DNA of 64,000 bases from an uncultured Acidobacteriota bacterium (GCA_963702425.1 CAVPCQ010000015.1:32001-96000), one strand, 5' to 3'; numbered from the stretch's first letter, positions 1-11,628 are shown. The notes: generated by a model not told the origin, from the sequence alone. Made by a program: numbers and translations.

Positions 1-634
1 GCGCGCCGGCGCAGTTGAGCGCGATCACGCCGAGGCTGGTGGCGATCGCTTCGGGCAGGGCGAGCCCGACCGCGGCGACCAGCGCGGGGACGATCAGGAA
101 CCCGCCGCCCACGCCGAGCACACCGGAGAGCAGGCCGACTGCCAGCGCCGTGGCGACGAGCCGCCCACGCGGCGCGGCGCCCGAAGCAGCGGCCGCCGCC
201 GCACCGCCGGAGCCCTCCTCGCCAGGCTGCCCCTCCGCTCCGGGGTTCCTGGCCTCGCCGCCTGCCGGTCCGCGCAACATCCTCAACCCGACGAACAGCG
301 CGAGCGCGCCGAAGGCGAGCATCAGTCCGCGCGCCGGGACCATCCGCCCGAGGCGCCCGCCCCCGACCGCCGCACTCCCGGCGATCACCGCGAACGGCAG
401 CACCGCGCGCCACCGCAGCCGCCCGTCGCGCGCGTGCGTGGCGGCACCCGCCACCGCGCTCCCGCCGACCGAGAGCAGGCTCGCCGCCACCGCCTGGTGC
501 GGGGTGAGGCCCACGACGCCGACCAGCGCCGGCAAAGTCAGGATCGACCCGCCGGCCCCCGTGAGGCCGAGGACGCCGCCGGTGACGAGGCCCGCGAGGA
601 TCGTCGCGGCGAGCCGCAGCGCGTCGCTTTCCAT
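1..634 (-). CDS. Sulfite exporter TauE/SafE family membrane protein (3' end runs off window)
   Basis: Manual translation from ATG at 634: MESDALRLAATILAGLVTGGVLGLTGAGGSILTLPALV...GLLSGVLGVGGGFLIVPAL. The two internal G-x-G-G-G-type repeats are typical of TauE. Absent from the ORF track because there is no stop in the window. Confidence 0.85.
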   Translation of the reverse strand, partial: MESDALRLAATILAGLVTGGVLGLTGAGGSILTLPALVGVVGLTPHQAVAASLLSVGGSAVAGAATHARDGRLRWRAVLPFAVIAGSAAVGGGRLGRMVPARGLMLAFGALALFVGLRMLRGPAGGEARNPGAEGQPGEEGSGGAAAAAASGAAPRGRLVATALAVGLLSGVLGVGGGFLIVPALVAAVGLALPEAIATSLGVIALNCAGA

Positions 635-749
635 GGCACGCCATGAGACCACAATTGACATCCCCCGTGCGCCGTGGTCCGATGGTTGCCTCGCCGCGCA
701 CCGTCGAGGCCCCGCGAGCGTCTCCCCGCAGGGATCCCGAGGACGGTCC

Positions 750-2099
750 ATGGACCCCGCGTTCCTCTCCCGTCTGCAGTTCGCCCTGACGATCGGGTTC
801 CACTACATCTACCCGCCGCTCTCGATCGGCCTCGGTCTCGTGCTGGTCCTGATGGAGGGGACATACCTCCGCACGAAGAACCCGCTCTACCGCCAGATGA
901 CCCGCTTCTGGGTCCGGGTCTTCGGCCTCACGTTCGCGATCGGAGTCGCCACCGGGATCGTGATGGAGTTCGAGTTCGGCACCAACTGGGCCGCCTACTC
1001 GCGCTTCGTCGGCGACGTCTTCGGCAGCGCGCTGGCGGCGGAAGGGATCTTCGCCTTCTTCCTCGAGTCGGGCTTCCTCGCGCTGCTGCTGTTCGGCTGG
1101 GACAAGGTCGGTCCGGGCGTGCATTTCCTGTCGACCGTGATGGTCTGCCTCGGCGCCCACTTCAGCGCGATCTGGATCGTCGTCGCCAACTCCTGGATGC
1201 AGACCCCGGCCGGCTACCACATCGTCGGCGAGGGCGCGGCCGCGCGGGCCGAGATCACCGACTTCTGGGCGATGGTCTTCAACCCTTCGTCGGTCGACCG
1301 GCTCGTCCACACGCTGCTTGGCGCCTGGTCGGCCGGCGCCTTCCTCGTGATCTCGGTCGCGGCGTACTACCTCCTGCGCCGGGAGCACCTCGACTTCGCG
1401 AAGGCCTCGATGAAGTTCGGTCTCGCCGTCGCGCTGGTCGCATCGCTCGGCTCCGCGATCTCGGGGGACCTGAGCTCCAAGGGAGTCGCGAAGAACCAGC
1501 CGGTCAAGCTGGCGGCGATGGAGGGGATCATGGAGCCCGCCTCCCCAGCCGCGCTGCACCTGTTCGGTTGGGTCGATGAGAAGAGCGAGCGCACCCACGG
1601 GGTCGCGATTCCCGGCCTCTTGAGCTGGCTCCTGCACGGCGACGCGTCGGCGCCGGTCCCCGGGATCAAGGCCTTTCCGCCCGACGAGCGCCCGCCGCTG
1701 AACCTGACCTTCCAGGCCTTCCACGGGATGGTCGCGATCGGATTCGGGCTGCTCGGCCTGGCGCTTGCCGGCCTTGCGTTCCTGCTGCGCGGACGCCTGT
1801 TCGAGACCCGCTGGCTGCTGCGGCTGATGGTCCTCTCCGTGCTCGGTCCGCAGCTCGCCAACCAGCTCGGCTGGATGACGGCCGAAGTCGGCCGCCAGCC
1901 CTGGATCGTCACCGGGATCATGCGCACGAAGGACGGGATCTCGCCGACCGTCGGCGGGGGCGAGGTGCTCTTCTCGCTCCTCCTGTTCACGCTGGTCTAC
2001 GCCCTGCTGTTCGTCCTGTTCCTCTACCTGCTCGACGCCAAGATCAAGCACGGCCCGCTCGACGAGGACCTCGTCGCCGGCGCCCGACACCGCGCGTGA
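750..2099 (+). CDS. cydA: Cytochrome bd ubiquinol oxidase subunit I
   Basis: [62 protein letters not shown] motifs; true start ATG 750 within ORF 15..2099. Confidence 0.97.
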   Translation: MDPAFLSRLQFALTIGFHYIYPPLSIGLGLVLVLMEGTYLRTKNPLYRQMTRFWVRVFGLTFAIGVATGIVMEFEFGTNWAAYSRFVGDVFGSALAAEGIFAFFLESGFLALLLFGWDKVGPGVHFLSTVMVCLGAHFSAIWIVVANSWMQTPAGYHIVGEGAAARAEITDFWAMVFNPSSVDRLVHTLLGAWSAGAFLVISVAAYYLLRREHLDFAKASMKFGLAVALVASLGSAISGDLSSKGVAKNQPVKLAAMEGIMEPASPAALHLFGWVDEKSERTHGVAIPGLLSWLLHGDASAPVPGIKAFPPDERPPLNLTFQAFHGMVAIGFGLLGLALAGLAFLLRGRLFETRWLLRLMVLSVLGPQLANQLGWMTAEVGRQPWIVTGIMRTKDGISPTVGGGEVLFSLLLFTLVYALLFVLFLYLLDAKIKHGPLDEDLVAGARHRA

Positions 2100-3133
2100 A
2101 CGCCATGACGAACCTCCCCTTCGACCTCCCGACGATCTGGTTCCTGCTCGTCGGCGCGCTGCTGGCGGGCTACGCGGTGCTCGACGGCTTCGACCTCGGA
2201 GTCGGCGCGCTGCACCTGTTCACGCGCAAGGACGAGCACCGCCGACTCCTGATCAACTCGATCGGCCCGGTGTGGGACGGCAACGAGGTCTGGCTGGTCA
2301 CCGGTGGCGGCGCGCTCTTCGCCGCCTTCCCAGTGGTCTACGCCACGGTCTTCTCGGGTTTCTACCTGGCGATGATCCTGCTGCTGTTCGCGCTGATCTT
2401 CCGCGCGACGGCGATCGAGTTCCGCAGCAAGCAGCCGGGCGCGCGCTGGCGCGCCGCATGGGACGTGAGCTTCTCCGCCGCCAGCATCGCCGCCAGCCTG
2501 CTGATGGGGATCGCGCTGGGGAACGTGATCTGGGGCATCCCGCTGGATGACGCCGGGTACTTCGCCGGCTCGTTCCTGTCGCTCCTGAACCCCTTCGCGC
2601 TCCTGACCGGGGTCACCACGCTGGCCCTCTTCATGATGCACGGCGCGATCTACCTGGTGCTCAAGACCGACGGCGAGATCCAGCAGCTCGTCAAGAGCTG
2701 GGTGAACCCCGCGATCGTCCGCTTCGTCGTCCTCTACGTGACCACGACGATGGCGACGCTGATCTATCGGCCCGAGATGGCAGCCACGATCAAGGCCCAC
2801 CCGGTGCTCTTCGTCGTGCCGCTGCTGACGATGCTGGCGATCGCGAACGTCCCGCGCTCGATCCACGAGGGTCGCACCGGTTGGGCTTTCATCTCGTCCT
2901 CGGCTGCGGTATTCGGGCTCTTCGCGCTGGTCGGCCTCGGCATGTACCCGACGCTGGTCCGCGCGACCGACCCGGCTCGGCACCTGACGATCAGCAACTC
3001 CTCTTCCTCCCCGTCGACGCTGGGGATCATGCTGGTCATCGCGCTGATCGGGATCCCGCTCGTGCTGTCCTACACGGTCAGCATCTACTGGATCTTCCGC
3101 GGCAAGGTGAAGCTGGACTCGATGTCGTACTAG
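2096..3133 (+). CDS. cydB: Cytochrome bd ubiquinol oxidase subunit II
   Basis: [12 protein letters not shown] and [12 protein letters not shown] motifs; GTGA overlap with cydA (alternative ATG at 2105). Confidence 0.97.
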   Translation: MNAMTNLPFDLPTIWFLLVGALLAGYAVLDGFDLGVGALHLFTRKDEHRRLLINSIGPVWDGNEVWLVTGGGALFAAFPVVYATVFSGFYLAMILLLFALIFRATAIEFRSKQPGARWRAAWDVSFSAASIAASLLMGIALGNVIWGIPLDDAGYFAGSFLSLLNPFALLTGVTTLALFMMHGAIYLVLKTDGEIQQLVKSWVNPAIVRFVVLYVTTTMATLIYRPEMAATIKAHPVLFVVPLLTMLAIANVPRSIHEGRTGWAFISSSAAVFGLFALVGLGMYPTLVRATDPARHLTISNSSSSPSTLGIMLVIALIGIPLVLSYTVSIYWIFRGKVKLDSMSY

Positions 3134-5586
3134 AACGGCCAGCGCCAGTCGGTCATCTCGGGCGGGTCCACGCCCATCTCGTGGGCGTAGGACCGGCACG
3201 CGAACTGCTCGTTGCGGAACTTCTCCTTGGCATGCGCCCCCGCCACGCGCAGCCGCGGAACGCGGTCGACCACGTCGATCGCGATGCTGAAGCGATCGAC
3301 CTGGTTGTTGATCGCCAGCTCCAGCGGCGTGTTGATGTTGCCCTTCTCCTTGTAGCCGCGCACGTGCAGGTTCTTGTGGTTGTTGCGGCGGTAGGCCAGG
3401 CGGTGGATCAGCCACGGGTAGCCGTGGAAGTTGAAGATGATCGGCTTGTCGAGCGTGAAGAGGCTGTCGAAGTCGCGGTCCGACAGCCCGTGCGGGTGCT
3501 CGGTGTCGGGCTGCAGCTTGAACAGGTCGACGACGTTGACGAAGCGGATCCTGAGGTCCGGGAACTCCCCGCGCAGCAGCGCCGCGGCGGCCAGCGCCTC
3601 GAGCGTCGGGATGTCTCCCGCCGAGGCCAGCACGACGTCGGGTTCCTGCCCCTGGTCATTGCTCGCCCAGTCCCAGATCCCGATCCCTTTGGCGCAGTGG
3701 GCGGTCGCCGCCGGCATGTCGAGGTACTGCAGGTGGAGCTGTTTGTCCGAGACGATGACGTTGACGTAGTTCTCGGAAGACAGGCAGTGGGCGGCCACCG
3801 ACAGCAGGCAGTTCGCGTCCGGCGGCAGGTAGATCCGCGTCACGGCCGCGCTCTTGTTGACCACGACGTCGAGGAAACCCGGGTCCTGGTGGGTGAAACC
3901 GTTGTGGTCCTGCCGCCAGACGGTGGAGGTGATCAGCAGGTTGAGCGATGCGATGTGCGCCCGCCACGACAGGTGGTTGCAGACGTCGAGCCACTTGGCG
4001 TGCTGGTTGAACATCGAGTCGATGACATGGACGAAGGCCTCGTACGACGACAGGAAGCCGTGCCGGCCGGTGAGCAGGTACCCCTCGAGCATTCCCTCCA
4101 TCGTGTGCTCGCTGAGCATCTCGACCACCCGCCCGTCGCGCGCCAGCTCGGTGCCGTCGGCGTCCTCCGGGAAATCCTGCGCGAGCCACAGCTTGCGGCT
4201 GACCTCGTAGATCGCGCCGAGCTTGTTGGAGGTGTTCTCGTCCGGACCGAAGACACGGAAGTTGCGCGGGTTGTCCTTCATGATGTCGCGCAGGTACTCG
4301 CCCAGCGGGCGCGTGTTCTCGGCCCGCACCTGGCCCGACTGCTCGAGGGCGACCGCGTAGTCCCGGAAGTCGGGGAGCTTGAGCGCCCGCTTGAGCAGGC
4401 CGCCGTTGGCGTGCGGGTTGGCGCCCATGCGGCGCGGGCCGACGGGCGCCAGCGCACGGACTTCCGCCACCGGCGCTCCCTCGGCGTCGAACAGCTCCTC
4501 GGGCCGGTAGCTCTTCATCCAGCGCTCGAGCAGCGCGAGGCGCTCGGGGTTCTTCCGCACGTCGGTGATCGGCACCTGGTGCGCGCGCCACGACCCCTCG
4601 ACCATGTGCCCGTCGAGTTCCGCCGGCGCAGTCCAGCCCTTCGGGGTCCGCAGCACGATCATCGGCCAGCGCGGACGCTCGGCCGTCGCCGCGCTTGCGG
4701 GACCGCCCGCTCGCGCCGCGGCCTGGGCGGCGCGGATCTCCGCGACCGCGCGGTCGAGCGTCGCTGCCATCGCCTGGTGCATCGACGCCGGCTCCGAACC
4801 CTCGACGAAGTAGGGGGTCCAGCCGCAGCCGCGGAACAGCGATTCCAGCTCGTCGTGCGTGATGCGCGCCAGCAGTGTCGGGTTGTTGATCTTGTAGCCG
4901 TTGAGATTGAGAACCGGGAGCACCGCGCCGTCGCGCGCCGGGTTGAGAAACTTGGAGATGTGCCAGGAGGTCGCGAGCGGTCCCGTCTCCGCTTCCCCGT
5001 CTCCGACCACCGCCGCGACGATCAGGCCCGGGTTGTCGAACGCCGCGCCGGCCGCGTGCGACAGCACGTAGCCCAGCTCGCCTCCCTCGTGGATCGAGCC
5101 CGGCGTCTCGGGCGTGCAGTGGCTACCGATCCCGCCCGGGAAGGAGAACTGCTTGAAGAAGCGCTGCAGCCCCTCGGCGTCGAGGCTCTTGTCGGGGTAG
5201 ATCTCGGAGTAGCTCCCCTCGAGGTAGACCGGGCCCAGGACGCCGGGAGCACCGTGACCGGGGCCCGCCATGAAGACCGCCTCGAGGCCGTCGCGCCGGA
5301 TCACGCGGTTGAGGTGCGCGTACACGAACGCGAGCGCGGGGCTCGCTCCCCAGTGACCGAGCAGCCGGCGCTTGATCTGCTCGGGGCGCAGCGGCTCTCT
5401 CAGCAGCGGGTTGTCCTGGAGGTAGATCATCCCCAGCGCGAGGTAGTTGCTGGCGCGCCAGAAGGCGTCGATCCGATTCAACTCCGCGGGGTCGAGCGGC
5501 GAGCCCGGGACGGTCGAACGGGCGGGCCCGAAGGCGCTCAGGTCGGCCGGCACGCCGGCCGGCGTCTGGCTGCTGCGGCCGTTCAT
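3130..5586 (-). CDS. xfp: Xylulose-5-P/fructose-6-P phosphoketolase
   Basis: [30 protein letters not shown] (TPP motif), [12 protein letters not shown]; 818 aa. Confidence 0.97.
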   Translation of the reverse strand: MNGRSSQTPAGVPADLSAFGPARSTVPGSPLDPAELNRIDAFWRASNYLALGMIYLQDNPLLREPLRPEQIKRRLLGHWGASPALAFVYAHLNRVIRRDGLEAVFMAGPGHGAPGVLGPVYLEGSYSEIYPDKSLDAEGLQRFFKQFSFPGGIGSHCTPETPGSIHEGGELGYVLSHAAGAAFDNPGLIVAAVVGDGEAETGPLATSWHISKFLNPARDGAVLPVLNLNGYKINNPTLLARITHDELESLFRGCGWTPYFVEGSEPASMHQAMAATLDRAVAEIRAAQAAARAGGPASAATAERPRWPMIVLRTPKGWTAPAELDGHMVEGSWRAHQVPITDVRKNPERLALLERWMKSYRPEELFDAEGAPVAEVRALAPVGPRRMGANPHANGGLLKRALKLPDFRDYAVALEQSGQVRAENTRPLGEYLRDIMKDNPRNFRVFGPDENTSNKLGAIYEVSRKLWLAQDFPEDADGTELARDGRVVEMLSEHTMEGMLEGYLLTGRHGFLSSYEAFVHVIDSMFNQHAKWLDVCNHLSWRAHIASLNLLITSTVWRQDHNGFTHQDPGFLDVVVNKSAAVTRIYLPPDANCLLSVAAHCLSSENYVNVIVSDKQLHLQYLDMPAATAHCAKGIGIWDWASNDQGQEPDVVLASAGDIPTLEALAAAALLRGEFPDLRIRFVNVVDLFKLQPDTEHPHGLSDRDFDSLFTLDKPIIFNFHGYPWLIHRLAYRRNNHKNLHVRGYKEKGNINTPLELAINNQVDRFSIAIDVVDRVPRLRVAGAHAKEKFRNEQFACRSYAHEMGVDPPEMTDWRWPF

Positions 5587-5614
5587 CGACTCTCTCCTCG
5601 TCTTTCCGTCGTGA

Positions 5615-6607
5615 TCATCCCGGTCCCGCCGCTTCCAACTCCAGGCCGATCTCGTTCCCCAGCCGTTTCACGGCGGCCGCAACCGCCTCGCGCAGCGCCG
5701 GGTCGGCGAACAGCTTCGCCGGCACATCCCGGCGGAGGTACTCCGTCTCCCGCGCGAACCGCTCCTGCTGGTTCGCCAGCTGGCGCAGCTCCTTGAACCC
5801 CGGGCTGGACATCGCTTCGCGGAGGTGCTGGCCGGTCTTCTCCTGCAGGACGCTCAGCTCCGCAAACGCCAGGATCGGGGCCACGGACTCGAGTTCGGGC
5901 CGGCGGTCATGGAGCGTGCTCAGTCCGTTGAGCCCGGTGCAGACGTGGAAGCTGTACCTGGGCTGATCGGATTCCGTTCCGTCGGGGTTCTTACCGAGCC
6001 TCACCTGATCCGGCCAGCCCATGACCGCCACGTAGCGCATGAGTTCGTCGAGCGAAACGGTGACCTTCGGCAGGGGGCTCCGCTGGGGGCAGTCAGGACA
6101 GGTCAGCCCCGCCTCCTCGAGTTTCTCGATCACCTTCCGCTCCACGACTGCCTGGAAGCGCGGGTTCGCCATGACGGCTTCGGAATGGCGCCGGCTGGCC
6201 GCAACCGGCCAGTCGAGCGCACTGAAGTCGCCTCCCAGGACTTGCGGTTCGGGAGCGACGCCGAGGAGCAGGAACGAGGCGTATAGCTCCTCGAGCGTCG
6301 CGTCGACCACCTGCTTCACCGCAGACGCCGGGCGCTTCCCGTAGACCTCTTCGCATTCTTTGGGGCTGCCGATGATCGGGGCGTAGCGGTTTCTCTCGCC
6401 AAGCAGGCAGTTGCCGTCGCTGAGCGCGGCCCTGACATCCTGCCACGAGACGCTCTCGCCGGCTGCGATCGCGCCGGGAGGTGCTGCGGGTGGTCCGGTA
6501 GCTGCGGGCGACGCCGCGGCGAGGTGGCACGCCACGATCGACGGCAGGAGGCACGAGGCGTACCGGACGAGCCAGAAGGCCATGCCGGATCGCGAGCGCT
6601 GGCGCAT
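5615..6607 (-). CDS. Hypothetical secreted protein, Cys-rich (CPDC motif)
   Basis: 330-aa ORF filling the gap, signal-like N-terminus, globular-looking sequence; extended -10 TGCTAGTCT upstream at about 6672-6680 on the minus strand. Confidence 0.65.
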   Translation of the reverse strand: MRQRSRSGMAFWLVRYASCLLPSIVACHLAAASPAATGPPAAPPGAIAAGESVSWQDVRAALSDGNCLLGERNRYAPIIGSPKECEEVYGKRPASAVKQVVDATLEELYASFLLLGVAPEPQVLGGDFSALDWPVAASRRHSEAVMANPRFQAVVERKVIEKLEEAGLTCPDCPQRSPLPKVTVSLDELMRYVAVMGWPDQVRLGKNPDGTESDQPRYSFHVCTGLNGLSTLHDRRPELESVAPILAFAELSVLQEKTGQHLREAMSSPGFKELRQLANQQERFARETEYLRRDVPAKLFADPALREAVAAAVKRLGNEIGLELEAAGPG

Positions 6608-6813
6608 GCGAGCACCGCCTTTTCACGGGGAAGCGACGGTCGGACTCTACTCCAGGTTCGACAACGCGCCCAGACTAGCACGGGACCGGAGCCGTGAGAC
6701 CGGACGTTCCGGGCCGCACGACCGCCGCAGCGAACGCGGGTGCGGCGAGGACGCCGGACAGAACCCGGAGCGTCCGCGCGGCGGATCGGAAGCCGCCGCG
6801 CCTCCGCAACGAT

Positions 6814-7572
6814 CTAGAACGTCCAGGAGAAGCCCGCTGTCACCTCCCAGCCGCTGACGTCCAGGGCCCCGCCGTACGGCGCGAAGTCCCCGCCGACGTC
6901 GAGCGAGACCTCGGTCCAGCGCCCCTCGAGGAGGAGCGACCAGGCCGGCGCGATCGCGAACGACAGGCCGGCGGCGCCGAAGTAGCCGAAGTCGACGCCG
7001 TCGTCGATGTAGTAGGTCGTGACGATCTCCTCGCCGTCGACCACGAAGTCGCCGCCTTCGGCGTACTCCCACCAGTAGAGGCCGCCGCCGACGGCAAAGT
7101 ACGGGCGCACCCGGGAGCCCGGCGGGGTGAGATAGACCATGAACGCGGCGGTCATCGGCGTCATCTCGAGGTCCGACTGGAATGGGATGTCGTTGCCGAA
7201 TTCGTCGACGTAGCGCGCGTCGACGCGGCGCTCGCTGGCGTCGTAGTAGGCCAGCGTGAAGAGCACGCCGCTCCAGCGGTTGAGCGGGAGCACGAAGTCC
7301 ATCGCCGCGATAAGGTCCTCGAGGTCGTCGACGCTGCCCGTGAAAGCGTCCTGCTCCTGCTGCCAGAAGGTCCCGCCGTCGCCGGTCGGCTGGTAGATGC
7401 CGAGCCGCACGCGGAACTCCGGGCGGGGCGGGAAGACCACGGGGACCGCGGGGTCCTGGACCTGTCGCGGGTAGTGCTTCGGCTCCCCCGCGAAGGCGGC
7501 CGGTGCGGTGGCGGTCGAGAGGAGCGCGAGGGCAAGAGCGAGCGGCGCGGAGCGCCGGGCGTCGAAACGCAT
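6814..7572 (-). CDS. Outer-membrane beta-barrel protein (OmpW/OmpA-like barrel)
   Basis: Signal peptide MRFDARRSAPLALALALL..AFA; VRPYFAVGGGLY strand; C-terminal Phe (VTAGFSWTF); GAGGAGG RBS before ATG 7572. Confidence 0.85.
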   Translation of the reverse strand: MRFDARRSAPLALALALLSTATAPAAFAGEPKHYPRQVQDPAVPVVFPPRPEFRVRLGIYQPTGDGGTFWQQEQDAFTGSVDDLEDLIAAMDFVLPLNRWSGVLFTLAYYDASERRVDARYVDEFGNDIPFQSDLEMTPMTAAFMVYLTPPGSRVRPYFAVGGGLYWWEYAEGGDFVVDGEEIVTTYYIDDGVDFGYFGAAGLSFAIAPAWSLLLEGRWTEVSLDVGGDFAPYGGALDVSGWEVTAGFSWTF

Positions 7573-7633
7573 GACAGGTCCTCCTCGCGGTCGCCGGGGA
7601 ATCGGGAAAGCGGCCGCGCACCCCTCCTGGGAA

Positions 7634-7649
7634 AGCAATGCCGGTGCCA
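7634..7649 (-). promoter_or_regulatory. Sigma54 (-24/-12) promoter for the beta-barrel gene
   Basis: Minus strand reads TGGCAC-CGGCA-TTGCT, matching TGGCAC-N5-TTGCW, about 60 nt upstream of the ATG. Confidence 0.8.
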
Positions 7650-7750
7650 TCCTGACGCCCCCGGTAACTCGTTCCATCGAGGCCTGTTCCGGACGCCGAG
7701 CCGCCGGTCCACGGAGCGGAGACGACCTCCAGAGAGGACGCTTCTCCGCG

Positions 7751-9725
7751 TCAGGAGGACGAAAGGCCGGCCTCTCCTCCGGCATCGGAGTCAGCGTAGC
7801 GCAGCCCCTCGGCCCCTCCCTTGATCCCGAGGTGGCCGGGGAAGGCGCGCCTTGCGGCGACCGGCCGTCCGATCCAGGGCGCCGCGATCGCCAGCGCCCG
7901 CGGATCGTGCGCCAGCGGCCCGCTCAGCAGGCAACCTTCGACCAGCGGGTGGACCGCCGCCAGCAGCTCGGCGGCGATCGCGAACCCGGCCTCGGCCTCG
8001 CGGGACGGATCGCCCGCGGCGGCCATGCGCGCGAGGATCCCGGCGGGCACGGTCACCCCCGGCACCTCGTCGTTGAGGAACTCGGCGTCGCGCAGCGACG
8101 AGAGGATCCGGATCTCGGCGAGGACCGGGATCCGCACCGCCGCGATCCGCTCGAGAAAACGCGCCAGCGCCTCGGCGTCGAACACGGGCCCCGCGACGGC
8201 CCAGCCGACGCCGGCATCGACTTTCCACTCGAAGCGCCGGACCTCCTCGTCCTGGTCGGGCGCGCCGGGCAGCGCCTCGCACCCGGCGAAGAAGCGCGTC
8301 GGCTCGCCGATCGGCACGTCACCGACGTCCAGCCCGTGATTCAGCCGCGCAACCACGTTGGCGAGCCCGATCGCGTCGATGTCGAAGACCGGCCGCGCCC
8401 ACGAGGCCTCGCCCGGCCGCGGCCCCTGCCCCGTGACGAGCATCACGTTGCGCAGGCCCAGCGCGTGCGCGCCGAGCAGGTCCCCCTGCATCCCGAGCAG
8501 GTTGCGGTCGCGGCACGAGTAGCTCAGCACCGTCTCGACGGCGGGGTCGAGCCCCGCTCCAGCACACCGCTTCCCGGGAGAGCAGCGAGGCCAGCGCGAG
8601 CGGGCTCATGCGGGCCGTGACGCGCGGGTCGTCGGGGACGAGGATCGCGTCCACGCCCCCCTTCGCGATCGTCGCGAGCGAGCGGAGCAGCGTCCCGGTC
8701 TCCCAGCCGCGCGGCGGCGCGGCCTCGACCAGCGTCACGAAGCGCCCCTCGACCACCTTGCGCGCCAAGACCGACCGCTCGCGCTCGGGCACCGGGCGGC
8801 GCGGTACGATCGCCGGCGCGGCGACCGCGACGCGCGGGGACAGGCCGGCGGCGCCGGCCGGGCCCAGCACCTCGCGCATCGCCCGGATGTGCTCGGGGGT
8901 CACGCCGCAGCAGCCGCCGACGACGCGCGCGCCGGTTTCGACGAAGCGGCGCACGTAGCGCGCCATGTAGGCCGGCGAGGTCAGGTAGAGCATCCGCCCG
9001 TCGACGCTGCGCGGGATCCCGGCGTTGGGCATCGCGGCCAGCGGGCGAGTGGTGGTCGCGGCGATCGCCTCGAGCACCGACAGCATCGGCGCCGGCCCGA
9101 CCGAGCAGTTGATCCCCACGACGTCGGCGCCGGCGGCGTCGAGCTTCTGCCCGAGCCACTCCGGCGGCACCCCTTCCGGGGTCCGCCCCTCTTCGTTGAC
9201 CGTCATCATCGCGATCACCGGCCGGTCCGATGCGGCCCGCACGGCGCGCACCGCGGCCTGGATCTCGACCAGGTCGCTGAAGGTCTCGAGCACGAAGAGG
9301 TCGACCTCGCCTTCCAGCAACCCCTCGATCTGCTCGTGAAAGAGCGCCACGGCCTCGTCGACGGTCGTCGGCCCCCACGGCTCGAGCCGGATTCCGAGCG
9401 GCCCGATCGCACCGGCGACCCAGCCGCGAGCGCCAGCCGCCCGGCGCGCCGCGCGCGCCCCCTCGCGGTTGATCTCTCGCACGTGGTCGCCGAGGCCGCT
9501 CGCCTCGAGGCGCGGGCGGTTGGCACCGAAGGTGTTGGTCTCGATCGCTTCCGCCCCCGCGAGCAGGAAGTCGCGGTGCACCTCCTCCACCAGCTCGGGG
9601 CGGGTGAGGTTCAGCTCCTCGTAACAGCGATTGAGGAAGACCCCGCGGCCGTACAACTCGGTCCCGGTCCCGCCGTCGAACAGGACCGGGCGCTCGGCCA
9701 GCGCGTCGAGGAAGGAGCGCACCAT
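7751..9725 (-). CDS. yitJ: Bifunctional homocysteine S-methyltransferase / methylenetetrahydrofolate reductase, split by a 1-nt frameshift near 8565
   Basis: N-part LFDGGTGTEL, ETNTFGAN, GINCSVGP, GGCCG (ORF 8319..9725); C-part SCRDRNLLGMQGDLLGAHALGLRN (ORF 7751..8530). Removing one base gives ...REAGAGAGLDPAVETVLSYSCRD. Confidence 0.85.
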
Positions 9726-9795
9726 GGGCGGGAGGATACCCTCAGGCGCGAGCGGGCGGCAGCGCGGGTCCCGCGGGCGGCCGGCGGCGGCGACC

Positions 9796-10623
9796 CTAGG
9801 TGATCGGCGTCGGATCCCAGCAGGTCCGGAGCCCGCGGTCCAGGGCGTCGATCTCCCGCATCTCGTCCGCGCCGAGTTCGAAATCGAAGACCAGCGCGTT
9901 CTCGTGGATCCGCTCGCGCCGCGTCGACTTCGGAATGACCGAGGTCCCGCGCTGGATCGCCCAGCGGATCATGACCTGCGCCGCCGTCCTGCCGTGGCGC
10001 GCCGCGATCGCGGCGAGCGTCGGGTCGCCCAGTCCCTCCCCGTGAGCCAGGGGGGAATAGGCCGTCAGCACGATCCCGAGCTCGCGGCAGCGGGCGAGCA
10101 GGGCTTCCTGCACGAGGAAGGGGTGGAACTCGACCTGGTTGACGGCCGGGGCGATCTCGGCGTGCTGCATCAGCTCGTCGAGGTGGCGCACGGTGTAGTT
10201 GGAGACGCCGATCGAGCGCGCGCGCCCCTCGCGCTTGAACTCCTCGAGCGCCTTCCACGACTCGAGCCGCCGCCGCTCGACCGGCCAGTGGATCAGGAAC
10301 AGGTCGACGTAGTCGAGGCCGAGCGCCGCCAGGCTGTCCTCGAAGGCCCGCCGCGCGCGGGCCATGCCGTGGTCCTGGTTCCAGAGCTTGGTGACGACGA
10401 AGACCTCCTCGCGCGGCACGCCGCTCTCGCGCAGCGCCTGCCCGACGTCCCCCTCGTTGCCGTAGATCCGTGCGGTGTCGACGTGCCGGTAACCGAGCTG
10501 GAGCGCGTAGCGCACCGCCTCGCGCGTCACCCGTCCCGGCGTCGCCTGCCAGACGCCGAGTCCCAGCACCGGGATCGCCTGGCCGTCGTTGAGCGGAATG
10601 CGTTTATGGAGGGCACCGAGCAC
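9796..10623 (-). CDS. Aldo/keto reductase (2,5-DKG reductase-like)
   Basis: GYRHVDTARIYGNE, LDYVDLFLIHWP, IGVSNY, VIPKS motifs. Confidence 0.95.
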   Translation of the reverse strand: MLGALHKRIPLNDGQAIPVLGLGVWQATPGRVTREAVRYALQLGYRHVDTARIYGNEGDVGQALRESGVPREEVFVVTKLWNQDHGMARARRAFEDSLAALGLDYVDLFLIHWPVERRRLESWKALEEFKREGRARSIGVSNYTVRHLDELMQHAEIAPAVNQVEFHPFLVQEALLARCRELGIVLTAYSPLAHGEGLGDPTLAAIAARHGRTAAQVMIRWAIQRGTSVIPKSTRRERIHENALVFDFELGADEMREIDALDRGLRTCWDPTPIT

Positions 10624-10653
10624 GAGGGGCCTCCGCGGGCGTTCCGCCCGCGA

Positions 10654-10690
10654 AGCAAGAAGCCCCCGGACAGCACCAGGGGCTCCTGCT
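10654..10690 (-). terminator. Hairpin / probable terminator after the OmpA gene
   Basis: Minus strand AGCAGGAGCCCCTGG-loop-CCGGGGGCTTCTTGCT; weak U tract. Confidence 0.45.
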
Positions 10691-10707
10691 CCGGGATACG
10701 GACTGGC

Positions 10708-11343
10708 CTATTCGAGAACGAGCAGCTCGACGCGGCGATTCTGGGCCCGACCCTCACGGGTCTGGTTGCTGGCGATCGGGTTCTTCTGGCCGAACGAGAT
10801 CGTCGAAAGCAGGTTGAGCGGGATCCCACGCTCGTAGAGGTAGTCGCGGACCGCGTCGGCCCGCTTCTGGCCCAGCGCGAGATTGTAGGCCTCGCCGCCG
10901 GACGAGTCGGTGTAGCCCTGAATCTCGACGAAGACCATCCGGTCGAACGACTTGACCCGCTCGACGAACTGGTCGAGGACGGCGGCGCCCTGCGGGGTAA
11001 CGGTGTAGCTGTCGGCTCCGAAGCGCATGTCGTTGTTGGTCAGCGTCACCTTCCAGATCACCTTGCCGCGAGCCGCCTTCTCCGCGGCCTCGGCCTTGGT
11101 CATCGCCTCGGTGCCGACCTGCTTGGCCTGTCCCGCCAGCCCCTCGGTGCGTTGGATCTCGGAAGCCAGCTCGGCGTCCTTCTTGTCCAGGTTCTGGATC
11201 TTCTGACCCTGGTCTTCCACCGTCGTCTGGATTCCGTCCACCCGCGAGGTCATCGACGAGACGGTCGTTTCGAACTTCTTGTTGGTGACGCAGCCCACCG
11301 CGAGCAGGGCAAGGCCTGAGGCGAGCAGCAGCCGGTACTTCAT
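10708..11343 (-). CDS. OmpA-family peptidoglycan-binding lipoprotein with coiled-coil N-region
   Basis: Lipobox LAVGC; IQGYTDSSG..YNLALGQKRADAVRDYL..GRAQNRRVE; GGAGGAAGG RBS before ATG 11343. Confidence 0.93.
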   Translation of the reverse strand: MKYRLLLASGLALLAVGCVTNKKFETTVSSMTSRVDGIQTTVEDQGQKIQNLDKKDAELASEIQRTEGLAGQAKQVGTEAMTKAEAAEKAARGKVIWKVTLTNNDMRFGADSYTVTPQGAAVLDQFVERVKSFDRMVFVEIQGYTDSSGGEAYNLALGQKRADAVRDYLYERGIPLNLLSTISFGQKNPIASNQTREGRAQNRRVELLVLE

Positions 11344-11628
11344 GGTTCCTTCCTCCGTGGTTCGATCGACCGCGCCTCGGGCATGACGCGCGGCCGGCCG
11401 GACCCCACCGGGGCGGGGTTCGGCCCTTGACCGGGCGGGAGTATATCCGCGGGCGGTCCCAGGGGGTAACCGAACGGCTGTGAACAGGTTGCGACCGCCA
11501 AGGCAGGGTGACCGCGGAGACTGGCGATTGGCGGGATCTGCGGCTTGCCCGTACCTTTTTGGCGCGGGAAGATTCCGCGCTCTCAAGTGAAAGAGCACAA
11601 ACCGGTTAGCCTGCGAAGTGAGGCCCGG

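Noticed and set aside
634-650. Sigma54 promoter before cydA (TGGCACGCCATGAGAC)
   Set aside because: The -12 TTGC element is absent.
15-749. N-terminal extension of CydA, and similar extensions on LigA, HtrA, OmpA, RsmH and MurF in the ORF track
   Set aside because: They overlap other real genes; recognisable homology and RBS or overlap signals point to downstream starts.
2881-5796. Very long antisense or alternate-frame ORFs (for example 2881..5796, 38022..41516, 58574..60919)
   Set aside because: Shadow ORFs of real genes caused by high GC and codon bias; Arg/Ala/Gly-rich with no motifs.
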